Shown here piece after piece: positions 27,617-39,677 of a stretch of DNA of 64,000 bases. The stretch's first letter is position 1. Each line of letters begins with the position of its first letter. The DNA is from an uncultured Gemmatimonadota bacterium (GTDB lineage Bacteria; JAAXHH01), in assembly GCA_951812955.1 (NCBI GenBank), contig OX638340.1, forward strand, positions 64,001 to 128,000, given 5' to 3'. Under the pieces are notes generated by a model. It was given only the letters and a program-made list of their open reading frames with translations, did not search any database and was not told the origin of the DNA. Both the position numbers and the translations under genes were made by a program.

Positions 27617-28396
27617 TTACGTGTTGTGAGAAGAGACCTGCTCGCCGGTCCGACCGAAACGGCGTTCTCTCGACTGGTAATCCCTGACGGCCGCGATGAA
27701 ATGGCTGCGTGTGAAATCGGGCCAGAGGACCGGTGATACCAGGATTTCGGTATAGGCCAACTGGTAGAGCAGGAAGTTGCTGATCCGCATCTCACCGCTG
27801 GTCCGGATCAACAGGTCCGGGTCGGGAAGGTGCTCCGTGTACAGGTAGGAAGCAAAAAGTGTTTCGTCGATGGCTTCCGGATCCAACCTGCCTGCCTGGA
27901 CGTCCAGGGCGATACATTGCGCGGCTTCGACGATCTCCTGCCTGCCGCCGTAATTCAAGGCGAAATTCAACAGAAGGCGGTCGTTGCCCGCCGTTTGCTC
28001 GGTTATCTGACGTATGACCTGACGATTGGATTCCGGTAGTTCGTCCCACCTGCCCAGGAAGGAGACCCGGATCCCGTGTGTGCTGGCTTCCTCGAAGGCG
28101 CCCTGGAGCGATTCGACGATCAACCGCATGATGGCGGCGACTTCCCGCCTGGGCCGGTTCCAGTTCTCGGTGGAGAACCCAAAGAAGGTGAGGATCCCGA
28201 CACCGAACTCCCCTGCACACCGGATCATTTCGCGAACGGACTTCACCCCCGCGGAGTGTCCCTGGTCCCGCGCGAGCCCCTGCTTCTTCGCCCATCGCCC
28301 GTTGCCATCCATGATGAACGCGATGTGGCGGGGCATGCGCTCCGGATGCAATCCTTCTTCCGAGACCGCCCGGTCTTGCTCTGCGTCTCGACCCAC
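27617..28396 (-). CDS. uppS: Isoprenyl transferase (undecaprenyl-diphosphate synthase)
   Basis: HIAFIMDGNGRWAKK...GH... Confidence 0.9.
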   Translation of the reverse strand: MGRDAEQDRAVSEEGLHPERMPRHIAFIMDGNGRWAKKQGLARDQGHSAGVKSVREMIRCAGEFGVGILTFFGFSTENWNRPRREVAAIMRLIVESLQGAFEEASTHGIRVSFLGRWDELPESNRQVIRQITEQTAGNDRLLLNFALNYGGRQEIVEAAQCIALDVQAGRLDPEAIDETLFASYLYTEHLPDPDLLIRTSGEMRISNFLLYQLAYTEILVSPVLWPDFTRSHFIAAVRDYQSRERRFGRTGEQVSSHNT

Positions 28397-28449
28397 GTCA
28401 CCCCCGTAAGGCCGCCGGCGGGTATGGACCCTGAATGGCCGGATTCCGC

Positions 28450-29028
28450 CTATATCTCCAGGATTTCCTGTTCTTTTGCCGATATGGCGCTGTCGATGGA
28501 GGAGATATGCTGGTCGGTGAGATCCTGGATGGTTTTCTGATGCCGTTTGCTTTCATCTTCCGACAACCGGTGGGCTTTCTCTTCGGCCTTGATGCGCTCG
28601 TTCATTTCCCTGCGGACGTTTCGGATCCCGATCTTGCTGTCCTCGCCGAGTTTCTTGATCAGTTTCACGTATTCGTGCCTGCGCTCTTCGGTCAGCGGAG
28701 GTACCGGCAGGTGAATCACGTTGCCGTCGGAATTCGGCATTAGTCCCAGGTCGGACGTCTGGATGGCCCGGACGATTTCGTTGATCATCTGCTTGTCCCA
28801 CGGCTGTATCGAGATCGTGCGGGCGTCCGGCGTGTTCACGGTGGCGACCTGGTTGATGGGCGTCATGGTCCCGTAGGCTTCGACCTGGATGTTGTCCAGC
28901 AAAGCCGGATTGGCCCGGCCGGCCCGGACGCCGGCGAGTTCCGTGCGCAGCACCTCGACGGACTGATCCATTTTTCGATTGGTCTCTTTGATGATCTCAT
29001 TCGCTTCCACGATACACCTCACTGGCAT
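28450..29028 (-). CDS. frr: Ribosome recycling factor
   Basis: ...EANEIIKETNRKMDQSVEVLRTELAGVRAGRANPALLDNIQVEAYG.... The long ORF-caller N-terminus, which overlaps tsf, is rejected. The start is either the ATG at 29028 or the GTG at 29007 (AGGTG SD). Confidence 0.85.
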   Translation of the reverse strand: MPVRCIVEANEIIKETNRKMDQSVEVLRTELAGVRAGRANPALLDNIQVEAYGTMTPINQVATVNTPDARTISIQPWDKQMINEIVRAIQTSDLGLMPNSDGNVIHLPVPPLTEERRHEYVKLIKKLGEDSKIGIRNVRREMNERIKAEEKAHRLSEDESKRHQKTIQDLTDQHISSIDSAISAKEQEILEI

Positions 29029-29071
29029 CGGAAAACCGGCATCGATCCTGCCGGTTGGGATGTTCGGTTCG

Positions 29072-29668
29072 CTATTCTCCGCCCAGTTCGTACCGGACGA
29101 ACCGTCTGACCATGATATTCTCGCCCAGGGTGGCCACCGCCTCCGTGACCAGCTCCCGCACCGTCTTGTCGGTATCCCGGATGAACGGCTGTTCCAGGAG
29201 ACAGTTTTCCTGGTTGAATTTCTCGATCTTCCCCTGGACGATCCGGTCGATGATATGGTCCGGCTTGCCCTCGTTCCGGGCCTGATTCCGGTAGATCTCC
29301 CGCTCTTGTTCCAGGACGGCTTCTTCAATCTGGTCCCGGTCCACGGCGATAGGACGCGTGGCCGCCACTTGCATGGCGATATCCCGGGCCAGGGTTTGGA
29401 AGGACTCGTTCCGGGCGACGAAATCGGTTTCGCAGTTGATCTCGACCATCGTGGCGATTCGGCTGCCGGGATGGATATAGGTATGAATGATGCCTTCTTT
29501 CGCTTCCCGCGCGCTTTTCTTCGACGCCGCCATGATGCCTTTTTCTCGCAGGAGCGTGACCGCCTGCTCGATACTGCCGCCGGACTCTTCGAGGGCCCGC
29601 TTGCAGTCCATCATCCCGGCGCCGGTCTGGTTCCTCAGGGTCTTTACGTCACTTGCTGATATAGTCAT
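29072..29668 (-). CDS. tsf: Elongation factor Ts
   Basis: MTISASDVKTLRNQTGAGMMDCKRALEES... Confidence 0.9.
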   Translation of the reverse strand: MTISASDVKTLRNQTGAGMMDCKRALEESGGSIEQAVTLLREKGIMAASKKSAREAKEGIIHTYIHPGSRIATMVEINCETDFVARNESFQTLARDIAMQVAATRPIAVDRDQIEEAVLEQEREIYRNQARNEGKPDHIIDRIVQGKIEKFNQENCLLEQPFIRDTDKTVRELVTEAVATLGENIMVRRFVRYELGGE

Positions 29669-29793
29669 GAATGCATATCACTCTTAGCGAATGCGGAACA
29701 TCCGCTACGGCCGCCTTTCTCCGGCCACGTATCCGGCTTCGGGCTCGCTCCTCGAATTCCTCGATTTCCTCGACCGGTTCTTCGTATCCGGTT

Positions 29794-30543
29794 TCAGGCT
29801 TGCTCCTCGACTTCTTCGACTTCCTCGACCGGTTCCTCGTCCGAGGGAACGGGCCGGCCGGAGTTGCGCAGCCCTTCTTCCACGGCGCTCGCGACGACTT
29901 CCGTGATGAGGCCGATGGACCGGAGGGCGTCATCGTTCCCCGGTATGGGATAGTCGATCAGGTCGGGGTCGCAGTTCGTATCCAGAATGCTGACGATTGG
30001 GATCTCCAGGGTATTTGCCTCCGCAACCGCGATACGTTCCTTCCGGGTGTCCACCACGAAAATGACACCGGGCAGGTCGCGCATGTCGCGGATTCCGCCC
30101 AGGACCTTCTGAAGGCGATCGCGCTCCTTTTCCAGGCTCGCGGCCTCCTTTTTCGTGAGCGCCGCCATGGTGCCGTGTTCTTTCATTTTCTCGAGTTCTT
30201 CCAGGCGTTTGACGCTGGTCTGGATGGTCTGGAAGTTCGTCAGCATGCCACCGAGCCAGCGCTCCGCGACGTAGAACATGCCGCACCGCTGCGCCATTTC
30301 GATAATGATGGGCCGAGCCTGCTTCTTCGTACCCACGAAGAGGACGGACTGCCCTTTCTCGACGGCCGTGCGCACGGCTTTGTACGCGATTTCGATCTGA
30401 CCGAGCGTCTTCTTCAGATCGATGATGTAGATATTGTTGCGCTCGGCGAATATGAACTGTTTCATCTTCGGGTTCCAGCGTCGGGTCTGGTGACCGAAGT
30501 GAACGCCGGCGTCAAGTAATTCCTGAATGGTCGGAATCCCCAT
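29794..30543 (-). CDS. rpsB: 30S ribosomal protein S2
   Basis: [27 protein letters not shown]... Confidence 0.92.
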   Translation of the reverse strand: MGIPTIQELLDAGVHFGHQTRRWNPKMKQFIFAERNNIYIIDLKKTLGQIEIAYKAVRTAVEKGQSVLFVGTKKQARPIIIEMAQRCGMFYVAERWLGGMLTNFQTIQTSVKRLEELEKMKEHGTMAALTKKEAASLEKERDRLQKVLGGIRDMRDLPGVIFVVDTRKERIAVAEANTLEIPIVSILDTNCDPDLIDYPIPGNDDALRSIGLITEVVASAVEEGLRNSGRPVPSDEEPVEEVEEVEEQA

Positions 30544-30595
30544 TGGCGGCTCTGATCTCCTTGTCTGGCAGGCGGATCGGCCTGCGTCCCGTGAA

Positions 30596-31000
30596 TTAAC
30601 GCTTCGAGAACTGGAACCGCTTCCGCGCGCCGGCCAGTCCGTATTTCTTGCGTTCCTTGATACGTGAATCCCGCGTCAGCATGCCCGCTTCGCGCAACGG
30701 GGTGTGCAGGCTTTCATCCATGTCCTTAAGCGCTCTCGCGATTCCGAGCCTCAGCGCCCCGGCCTGTCCGGTCTTGCCTCCGCCGAAGGTCCGGGCAAAC
30801 ACGACCACCTGGTCGTTCATTTCGGTGAGCACCAGGGGTTCCTCGATCGCGGAGACGAGGCCGGCCCGGTCGAAGTATTCGATCAGCGGCTGGTCGTTGA
30901 CCTGGTGGCTCGCTCCCTCCTTCTTCGCGCGCAGCCACACCTTGGCGACGGCACGTTTCCTCCTGCCCACCGCGTGGTGTCCATGGGTATCCGAATTCAT
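30596..31000 (-). CDS. rpsI: 30S ribosomal protein S9
   Basis: The C-terminus reads ...[16 protein letters not shown]. Confidence 0.92.
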   Translation of the reverse strand: MNSDTHGHHAVGRRKRAVAKVWLRAKKEGASHQVNDQPLIEYFDRAGLVSAIEEPLVLTEMNDQVVVFARTFGGGKTGQAGALRLGIARALKDMDESLHTPLREAGMLTRDSRIKERKKYGLAGARKRFQFSKR

Positions 31001-31019
31001 GCTTCGTTACGCTCCTTTT

Positions 31020-31448
31020 TTATAATTCCAGCGCGACCGGTTTCTGGGCGCTGTGGGGGTGTTCCGCGCCGGCGTACACGCGGAGTTTACGGAATATCTG
31101 CCGGCCGAGGGCGTTGTGCGGCAGCATGCCCTTGATGGCCATGCGCAACACGCGATCCGGATGGCGGGCGGCCATTCGCTCGTAACTGATTGCCTTCAGG
31201 CCGCCGGGATAGCCGCTGTGGCGATAGTAGATCTTGTTCTGTGGCTTCTTGCCGGTCAGGACCACCTTTTCCGCGTTGATGACGATGACGTGGTCGCCGG
31301 TATCCAGGTGCGGCGAGAAGATCGGCTTGTGCTTGCCGCGCAGGATCTTGGCCACTTCGCTGGCCAGCCTGCCGAGCACCTTGCCGTCGGCGTCCACGAC
31401 GTGCCAGTCGCGCTGCAGGTCTTCTTTCTTAACAGTCGGTGTATTCAT
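31020..31448 (-). CDS. rplM: 50S ribosomal protein L13
   Basis: M...[36 protein letters not shown].... The start is set at the internal Met. Confidence 0.9.
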   Translation of the reverse strand: MNTPTVKKEDLQRDWHVVDADGKVLGRLASEVAKILRGKHKPIFSPHLDTGDHVIVINAEKVVLTGKKPQNKIYYRHSGYPGGLKAISYERMAARHPDRVLRMAIKGMLPHNALGRQIFRKLRVYAGAEHPHSAQKPVALEL

Positions 31449-31465
31449 GAATGGTACACGCTCCT

Positions 31466-32536
31466 TTATCCGGTAGCGGCCGGTTGCCATGCGTGGTGTG
31501 ACAACGCGGCGAGACTTTCGGCGTAGGGCCGCCTGGCCACACCGCGTTCAGTGATGATCGCAGACACGTAACGGGCCGGAGTTACGTCGAATGCGGGATT
31601 GTAAACTTCCACCTCTTCGGGCGCGTTGCGTCCGCCCGGCCCCTGGCTGATTTCAGCGGCATTGCGCACTTCGATCGGGATCTCGCTGCCCGACTCGATG
31701 GACAGGTCGATCGACGAGAACGGCGCCGCCACGTAAAGGGGCACGTCGTGCGCATCGGCCAGCACGGCCACGCCATAGGTGCCGATCTTGTTGGCGACGT
31801 CGCCGTTGGCGGCCACACGGTCCGCGCCGACGATCACGCAGTCGATTCGGCCTTCCTTCATGACCTGCGCGGCCATGCTGTCGCAGATGAGCGTCACGCC
31901 GACTCCGGCCTGGGCCAGTTCCCAGGCAGTCAGCCTGGCGCCCTGGAGGACGGGTCTCGTTTCATCCGCGTACACGTGTACGCGCTTTCCTTCATTGTGC
32001 GCCTGATACACCACGGCGAGGGCCGTACCCACACCCGATGTGGCGAGCGCGCCGGCATTGCAATGGGTGAGCACGCTCTGGCCGGACCGCAGCATGGCCG
32101 CGCCGTGTTCACCGATCAGGCGGCAGGTACGCTCGTCCTCCGATTGTATCGCCTCGGCTTCTCTGAGCAGGGCGCGCTTGATGTCCTCCACCGGCGCCTC
32201 ACGTTGTTCCAATGCGGTCCGGCGCATGCGTTCCAGGGCCCAGAACAGGTTCACCGCCGTGGGACGGGTCGCAGCCAGCAGGTCCACGGCCTCGTCGACC
32301 TCCCGGCTGAAGGACAGGTATTCGTCCGCGCCGCTTTTCCGGACGCCGAGTACGACGCCGTAGGCCGCGGCGACGCCAATGGCCGGCGCGCCGCGCACTT
32401 TCAGCCCTTTGATGGCCTCCGCCACGGATTCGATATCCCGGCAGTGCGCGTAGACCACTTCACCGGGCAGGCGCGTCTGGTCCAATAGTACCAGCACGCC
32501 TTCGTCGCGGTCCCACCGTATGGTCGTGAAATTCAT
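31466..32536 (-). CDS. mtnA: Methylthioribose-1-phosphate isomerase (eIF-2B alpha/beta/delta family)
   Basis: ...[23 protein letters not shown]...[14 protein letters not shown]... Confidence 0.85.
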   Translation of the reverse strand: MNFTTIRWDRDEGVLVLLDQTRLPGEVVYAHCRDIESVAEAIKGLKVRGAPAIGVAAAYGVVLGVRKSGADEYLSFSREVDEAVDLLAATRPTAVNLFWALERMRRTALEQREAPVEDIKRALLREAEAIQSEDERTCRLIGEHGAAMLRSGQSVLTHCNAGALATSGVGTALAVVYQAHNEGKRVHVYADETRPVLQGARLTAWELAQAGVGVTLICDSMAAQVMKEGRIDCVIVGADRVAANGDVANKIGTYGVAVLADAHDVPLYVAAPFSSIDLSIESGSEIPIEVRNAAEISQGPGGRNAPEEVEVYNPAFDVTPARYVSAIITERGVARRPYAESLAALSHHAWQPAATG

Positions 32537-32567
32537 GACTGCAACGTCTCTCCCGGGTTGATTCCGG

Positions 32568-33467
32568 TCAGGGCGTAATCATCTCCAGGAACCGGGCGTG
32601 CCGGTCCGCAATCTCTTCTTCGGTGAGCGATACGAGCCGCCGGACACTGAAGTCTTCCACGTTGAAAGAAGCCATGACGCTTCCGTGCACCATGGCGCGT
32701 TTCAGTGCGCCGACGCCCCTGTCGCCCGACTGGGCGAGATAACCCATGAAACCGCCCGCGAAGGTGTCCCCGGCGCCCGTCGGATCTACCACGGAGGTCA
32801 CGGGGTATGAAGGGATGCCGTACCAGGCGTCGCGGGTACAGAGCGTCGCGCCGTGCGCACCTCTTTTGACGACTACGGCCCGCGGTCCGAGCTCCAGGAT
32901 CCGTTCCGACGCCCGTACCAGGTTGTTGTCGTCCACCAGTTGAAGGGCCTCCTGGTCGTTGATGATCAATACGTCCACCCGGCTGAGCGTCGACAGCAGG
33001 GACGCCCGGTTGCCACTGATCCAGAAATCCATGGTGTCGCAGGCGACGATTCCGGGACGGTCCGCCTGGGAAAGCACTTCGCGCTGCAGGTCCGGGTCGA
33101 GGTTCGCCAGAAATACGTGATCGTGCGCACGGTGCCGGTCCGTCAGTACGGGTTTGAATCCGGAAAACACGTTCAATTGCGTGTCGATCGTGCGCCGGTC
33201 GTTCATATCGGCGGCGTATTCGCCTGCCCAGCGGAAGGTCTTGCCTTCCTTTATCTCAAGTCCCGATATGTCGACCTGTCTCTCCCGCAGGAAATCCAGG
33301 GACTCCAGGGGAAAGTCGTTCCCCACGACGGCGATGACGTCTACCGGCGCGTAGAAACTCGCGGCAGCCGAAAAATAGGTCGCCGAACCCCCGATCGCGT
33401 CGTTTGCTTCTCTTTCGGGCGTTTTCACAGAATCGAACGCTACCGAACCGACTACGAGAACGCCCAA
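32568..33467 (-). CDS. PfkB-family carbohydrate/nucleoside kinase
   Basis: Ribokinase-like fold with N-terminal GVLVVGSVAFD and the C-terminal ...DPTGAGDTFAGGF... anion-hole motif. Confidence 0.8.
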   Translation of the reverse strand: MGVLVVGSVAFDSVKTPEREANDAIGGSATYFSAAASFYAPVDVIAVVGNDFPLESLDFLRERQVDISGLEIKEGKTFRWAGEYAADMNDRRTIDTQLNVFSGFKPVLTDRHRAHDHVFLANLDPDLQREVLSQADRPGIVACDTMDFWISGNRASLLSTLSRVDVLIINDQEALQLVDDNNLVRASERILELGPRAVVVKRGAHGATLCTRDAWYGIPSYPVTSVVDPTGAGDTFAGGFMGYLAQSGDRGVGALKRAMVHGSVMASFNVEDFSVRRLVSLTEEEIADRHARFLEMITP

Positions 33468-33470
33468 TCC

Positions 33471-33908
33471 CTATGCCTCGCTTTCCAGCGCGTCCACCAC
33501 GTCTTCGGGAACGCCCGCATCCGGCCGGCGGATAATCTCACCCGTTACCGCGTCCGTCGAGACCTCGACCCGGGGCGCGTCTCCCCAGAGTCGTTCGAGT
33601 CCATAGAAAGCGCGGACTTCGTCTCTGAACACGTGTATTACCACGTCCACGTAGTCAAGCAGGACCCACCGCCAGCTCTGTTTGCCCTCCGAATGCCAGG
33701 GCGCCGTATCTCGCTCCTTGAGGTCTGCCGTTACCTGCTCGACGACCGCCTTGATCTGCGGTTCGGAACCGGCAGTCCCGATGACGAAGTAGTCCGTGAT
33801 GGAGGATAGCCCCCTGAGATCGATAATCATCACGTCGACCGCATTCTTGGCCAGCATGGAAAGGGCGGCCTGCTCAGCGATTTCTTGCGATGCCAACGCC
33901 ACGGTCAA
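33471..33908 (-). CDS. rsfS: Ribosomal silencing factor RsfS (Iojap)
   Basis: ...VMIIDLRGLSSITDYFVIGTAGSEPQIKAV... and ...WVLLDYVDVVIHVF. Confidence 0.88.
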   Translation of the reverse strand: MTVALASQEIAEQAALSMLAKNAVDVMIIDLRGLSSITDYFVIGTAGSEPQIKAVVEQVTADLKERDTAPWHSEGKQSWRWVLLDYVDVVIHVFRDEVRAFYGLERLWGDAPRVEVSTDAVTGEIIRRPDAGVPEDVVDALESEA

Positions 33909-34441
33909 TCGTTCTCCTCGTAAAACAGCAGTTCACCGTAGTCTCTGCCGATCACCACCGATACGTCCACCAGGCGATCCTCATTACGCTGGAGCAGGAC
34001 GTGATGGGTGCCCAGTGCATTCCCGACCGCCCTGGCGGCCTGGGACGGGCCATCCGTTCCCCTGCGGTCCAGCACCACCGTTTCCCGGTAACCGAAATGA
34101 TCCGCGTTGTCGATATTGACCACGTCGAATCCCCGTTCCCTGAGGAAACGCATGGCCAATTGTCCGATACCCCGTTCCCCGCAACCATTCAGGACCTCCA
34201 CCTGCACCTGAAAGGCCGAGGGGTCTATGACCGCCGTGTCTGTACGTTCGGCGGATGAAGAAAATGCGGACGAAGTCGCCACCGAGTAGACCAGATAGGC
34301 GTTCAGTCCGATCAGGATAATGATAACGCCTTCGAGCAGCCGGACGCGCCAGCGGCCACCGGGCCCGCGCCCGTCCGAAACGGCGTCCCGCCTGTTCGCG
34401 GAGGGTTTGATGACTTTTCTCGCCATGGCAAAAGCCCACAC
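33905..34441 (-). CDS. LytR/CpsA/Psr C-terminal-domain (LytR_C) protein
   Basis: A single TM segment, then ...VQVEVLNGCGERGIGQLAMRFLRERGFDV..., a typical LytR_C domain. Confidence 0.65.
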   Translation of the reverse strand: MWAFAMARKVIKPSANRRDAVSDGRGPGGRWRVRLLEGVIIILIGLNAYLVYSVATSSAFSSSAERTDTAVIDPSAFQVQVEVLNGCGERGIGQLAMRFLRERGFDVVNIDNADHFGYRETVVLDRRGTDGPSQAARAVGNALGTHHVLLQRNEDRLVDVSVVIGRDYGELLFYEEND

Positions 34442-34716
34442 GGTTCACGTCCTGAAAATGGCCTGTACCGGGACCGTGGGACAATAGATCTTTAGCTTTC
34501 CAAAGAATACCGGGGAGCGAACTAGGGGAATACACCAGGAAGGGAAACATAGGCAGGGTACCAACAGTGTTTCATTGACCAGTTCCTTTCACCATGCGAT
34601 CCCCCTTTGTATCCCGGTCTCGACGTAATCCCGCCTGTCCGATCGAACCCTGGTTCGACAGGTGGAATTCGATTCGCTTTCCAGACCCCTATATATACAG
34701 ATGTAAGGGTATGGTG

Positions 34717-35529
34717 TCAACTCTTTTTTGCCTGGTTCGAGGCGTCACGCGGTCCGGTTGCGCAAGGCCTTTCGCGGGCGCGTTCACGCAGCCGGGATTC
34801 GGCCTCCGACAGGTGCTCCGGGGTGTTTATCCCGACGGTCTCTTCCGGCATCCCGGCCGGTGCGTCCGCTATGGGACTGCCCTGTCGCCGGAGTATCTCG
34901 ATGGTATCCGTCAGATAGAACTCGCCCTGTCTGTTTTCCGGAGTCAGTTGATCCAGCGCCCGCAGCAGCAGGGAGGGCTCGAAACAATAGGTGCTGGTGT
35001 TGATCTCCCGAAGGGTCCGTTGTTCCGCCGTGGCGTCCTTCTCCTCTACGATCCGGTCGATGCGTCCCGCGCCGTCGCGCAGGATGCGGCCCAGGCCCGT
35101 GGGATCGCTGACGTGGGCGGTTAGTACCGAGGCCGCGGCACCGTTCCGGCTATGGGCATGAATCAACGACTCCAGGGTGGAGCGACGGATCAGCGGGGTA
35201 TCGCCGGCCAGGACGAGGACGATGCCGCTTTCACCGGCCAGCAGGGGAACGGCCTGTTGCACAGCGTGACCCGTGCCCAGTTGTTCGTTCTGCACGGCGA
35301 ATTCCACAGGCCAGCCGGCGAGGGCGCGCTTCACCGCGTCCGCCTGGTGGCCAACGATGACGATGACCCGTCGCGGGCGAAGCGCAAAGGCGGTCTCGAG
35401 CACATGGTGGATGAGCGGCCTGCCGTTTAGTCTGTGCAGCACCTTGGCCAGGTCGGATCCCATCCGGGTACCCTTTCCCGCCGCCAGAACCACCGTGATC
35501 AGGTCGCTGTTTCCTTCTGCCATGGACAC
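34717..35529 (-). CDS. Sugar-1-phosphate nucleotidyltransferase, GlmU N-terminal-like (no acetyltransferase LbH domain)
   Basis: LAAGKGTRM, QLGTGHA, LAGDTPL and EFYLTD are all GlmU pyrophosphorylase-domain motifs. The protein is 270 aa and ends before any hexapeptide repeats. Confidence 0.75.
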   Translation of the reverse strand: MSMAEGNSDLITVVLAAGKGTRMGSDLAKVLHRLNGRPLIHHVLETAFALRPRRVIVIVGHQADAVKRALAGWPVEFAVQNEQLGTGHAVQQAVPLLAGESGIVLVLAGDTPLIRRSTLESLIHAHSRNGAAASVLTAHVSDPTGLGRILRDGAGRIDRIVEEKDATAEQRTLREINTSTYCFEPSLLLRALDQLTPENRQGEFYLTDTIEILRRQGSPIADAPAGMPEETVGINTPEHLSEAESRLRERARERPCATGPRDASNQAKKS

Positions 35530-35534
35530 TCCGG

Positions 35535-36029
35535 TTATGGGTCGGCAACACGGCGGACGAGATGGTCCACCGGTTTCAGGTCTTCCAGCAGGTCCGATAC
35601 GGTTCGCCCGTGTACGGGGTGGACCAGGTCCGGCTGGATCTCCGCCAGGGGTGCGAGTACGAAGGCGCGCTCCGCCATGGCCGGATGGGGCAGGGAAAGC
35701 CGGGGAAGATCGAGCACCAGGTCATCGTAGATCAGCAGGTCGAGATCGATTTCACGGGGTCCGTTCTTCCAGGTCGCGGTCCGACCCAGGCGCTCTTCGA
35801 CTTTCTTCAAAGCATCCAGCAGATGCGGGGGCGACAGCGTGGTGTCCAGCAGGACGGCCCCGTTTATGAAATCCGCCTGGTCAGCGTAGCCTACCGGCCG
35901 GGTTTCGTACCATGAAGAGCCCTTCACCACCCGGATACCGGAATGTCCGGCCAGTTCGGAAACCGCCTGCCGGCACCGCCCGATCCGATCCCCCAAGTTG
36001 CTGCCCAGTCCCAGGGCGGCTGACGCCAT
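35535..36029 (-). CDS. folK: 2-amino-4-hydroxy-6-hydroxymethyldihydropteridine pyrophosphokinase (HPPK)
   Basis: MASAALGLGSNLGDR...WYETRPVGY...DLDLL.... The start is the internal Met at 36029. Confidence 0.85.
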   Translation of the reverse strand: MASAALGLGSNLGDRIGRCRQAVSELAGHSGIRVVKGSSWYETRPVGYADQADFINGAVLLDTTLSPPHLLDALKKVEERLGRTATWKNGPREIDLDLLIYDDLVLDLPRLSLPHPAMAERAFVLAPLAEIQPDLVHPVHGRTVSDLLEDLKPVDHLVRRVADP

Positions 36030-36058
36030 TTCACACCCTACCGGCCGGTACCTTCGTT

Positions 36059-36430
36059 CTACCGGCTCCGGTTCAATTCGACCTCCACGGCTCCAAAACG
36101 CAGCGCCCTGGCTACCGCGGGTTTGCGCAGTCTGACCACGACCTGTTCCACCTGCGGATAGGACGACAGCAAATCGTCCGCCACCCGGCCGGCGACCGCT
36201 TCCAGGAGCCGGCACGGCTCACCGCCGAGTATGTTTCCCACGCGCAGGCGTACGTCCGCATAGTCGACGGTGTCGTCCAGGCAGTCCGAGCTCGAAGGTA
36301 CGGACAGGTCCATGCGCAAGGCCACATCGGCCTCGAATACCTGTCCGCGTGTTCGTTCCCGTCCAGTTGCACCGTGATGGCCAAATGCGCGGATATCCCG
36401 CAATCTGATCCAGTCTACCGGCATGGACAT
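36059..36430 (-). CDS. folB: Dihydroneopterin aldolase
   Basis: ...IRLRDIRAFGHHGATGRERTRGQVFEADVAL.... It lies directly upstream of folK. Confidence 0.85.
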   Translation of the reverse strand: MSMPVDWIRLRDIRAFGHHGATGRERTRGQVFEADVALRMDLSVPSSSDCLDDTVDYADVRLRVGNILGGEPCRLLEAVAGRVADDLLSSYPQVEQVVVRLRKPAVARALRFGAVEVELNRSR

Positions 36431-36437
36431 GATCCGA

Positions 36438-37676
36438 TCAGGCGAGACTGACCGCGGGGAATGCCCGCTTGCGCAACCGGAAACGGGACATCAGCCGGTC
36501 CATGCGTTCCAGTACGGTCTGAATCTGGGACTCGTCGCCATTGAGGGCTATCCGGACGTATCCTTCGCCGTATTCACCCAGGTACGCACCAGGCACGACG
36601 AAAACGCCTGCCTTGCGCAGCAGGATGCTGAATCGAACGGAGGAATAGCGGGGCGGCACGGGAAGCCACACGTAAGGGCCTCCCCGGGGCGTTCGCAGTT
36701 TCCAGCCGATTTCGCGCAGTCCCGAGACCATCTGATCGCGCCGCGACTGGTATGTCGAGACCACCTCTTCGGCGTGCCGGTTCAAATCCGGTAACACCGC
36801 GGCCGCCGCTGCTTCGAAGGCGGGAAGCAGCGGAGCGTGCATGTGGGAGGTCAACTGGGACATGGCGGCCAGCGCGGAAGGATTGCCTACGGCGATGCCC
36901 AGGTCACGAAAAACGCCACCGGGCAGCATGGCGAGGGAGAACAGTTCGATGCCCACGTTCATAGCGCCGGGAGTCTGCAACAGGCTGGGGGCTTGGATCC
37001 CGTCGTACGTCAGCAAGTGCTGGGTGGCGTCGTGACAGACGATGATATTGTGCCGGCGTGCGAAATCCACGAGTTCCCGGTAAAACGAGTGGTCCGCCAC
37101 GGTCCCGGTGGGATCGTTCGGATATCCGACGTACATCAGTTTTGCCTGCCCGGCGACACGGGTATCGATTTGTTTCAGATTGGGCAGGAAATCGTTCCGG
37201 CCGTGCAGGGGATAGGCCTGGACCTGACCGTTCGCCAGTACAGTTCCGGTTCTGTAGGCCGGGTGGGAAGGGTCGGGGATCAGTACGGTTTCGCCGGGAT
37301 TGACTAACGCCATGGCCACGCTGGCCGGTCCCAACGCCGTACCCGCGAAAGGCAGGATATGCAGGTCCGGATCGATATCCACGTCGAACCGGTAGGCGAA
37401 CCAGTTGCTGAATACCCTGCGGAACCCGTCGCCGGCGAGCGGACCCGCTTCGGCAGGATCCACCGGACTATCCGCCACGACCGCGCCGGCCGCTTCGGTG
37501 ACAATCCGTTCAATGGTCTCGTGATGGATGGGGGTATCGGCGAAACCCGTGGTGAGGTCAATGGGTTCGATCCCCCTGGCGGCCAGTCTTCTCAGATACC
37601 GTGAATGTTCCAGGGGCCGGTTCAGCGGGACCCGGTGAAGCCGTTCCGCGCGTTCTATGACCATCGGGTTTCTCAT
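36438..37676 (-). CDS. PLP-dependent class I/II aminotransferase
   Basis: ...YVGYPNDPTGTV... and a surrounding fold-type I pattern. The protein is 412 aa. Confidence 0.75.
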   Translation of the reverse strand: MRNPMVIERAERLHRVPLNRPLEHSRYLRRLAARGIEPIDLTTGFADTPIHHETIERIVTEAAGAVVADSPVDPAEAGPLAGDGFRRVFSNWFAYRFDVDIDPDLHILPFAGTALGPASVAMALVNPGETVLIPDPSHPAYRTGTVLANGQVQAYPLHGRNDFLPNLKQIDTRVAGQAKLMYVGYPNDPTGTVADHSFYRELVDFARRHNIIVCHDATQHLLTYDGIQAPSLLQTPGAMNVGIELFSLAMLPGGVFRDLGIAVGNPSALAAMSQLTSHMHAPLLPAFEAAAAAVLPDLNRHAEEVVSTYQSRRDQMVSGLREIGWKLRTPRGGPYVWLPVPPRYSSVRFSILLRKAGVFVVPGAYLGEYGEGYVRIALNGDESQIQTVLERMDRLMSRFRLRKRAFPAVSLA

Positions 37677-37832
37677 GGCCTCTCCGTCGCTCTGGACCTG
37701 TCTCCGACAAACCGCCTGTCTACCGGGAAATATAGAAGCAGGCTATGTCCGCAGCAAGAAAAAACCCCCGATGCCGCCACCGGGGGTTTTTCGTGAACCG
37801 GCCGTCGACCGGTCCCTCGTTTTATATCCCGC

Positions 37833-39464
<1,632 letters not shown>

Positions 39465-39576
39465 CTATGATTCCCCGGATGATTCCGGGCGTTTCTGATC
39501 GAGGTGAACCGGCGTGGCCGCACGCACTTTTTGATTCACCTAAATACTTATATCTACAACAAGTAGCAACTCGATA

Positions 39577-39603
39577 TTAGCAGTCGATCGTCCAGTCTGC
39601 TAA
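39577..39603. promoter_or_regulatory. CIRCE-like inverted repeat (TTAGCAG-N13-CTGCTAA) upstream of groEL
   Basis: TTAGCAGTCGATCGTCCAGTCTGCTAA sits about 120 nt upstream of the groEL start. It resembles the HrcA operator TTAGCACTC-N9-GAGTGCTAA. Confidence 0.45.
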
Positions 39604-39677
39604 TATAGGAAAGGTCGGATGGGAATGCAAGGTTTTTTTGTTTGTGACGGCGAACGAACGGGGGATGGATCGAGGTA

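Noticed and set aside
28450-29328. The 292-aa frr ORF as called, with a 100-aa Ser/Arg-rich N-terminus
   Set aside because: The extension overlaps the 3' end of tsf in another frame. The Frr homology begins at ...VEANEIIKETNRK...
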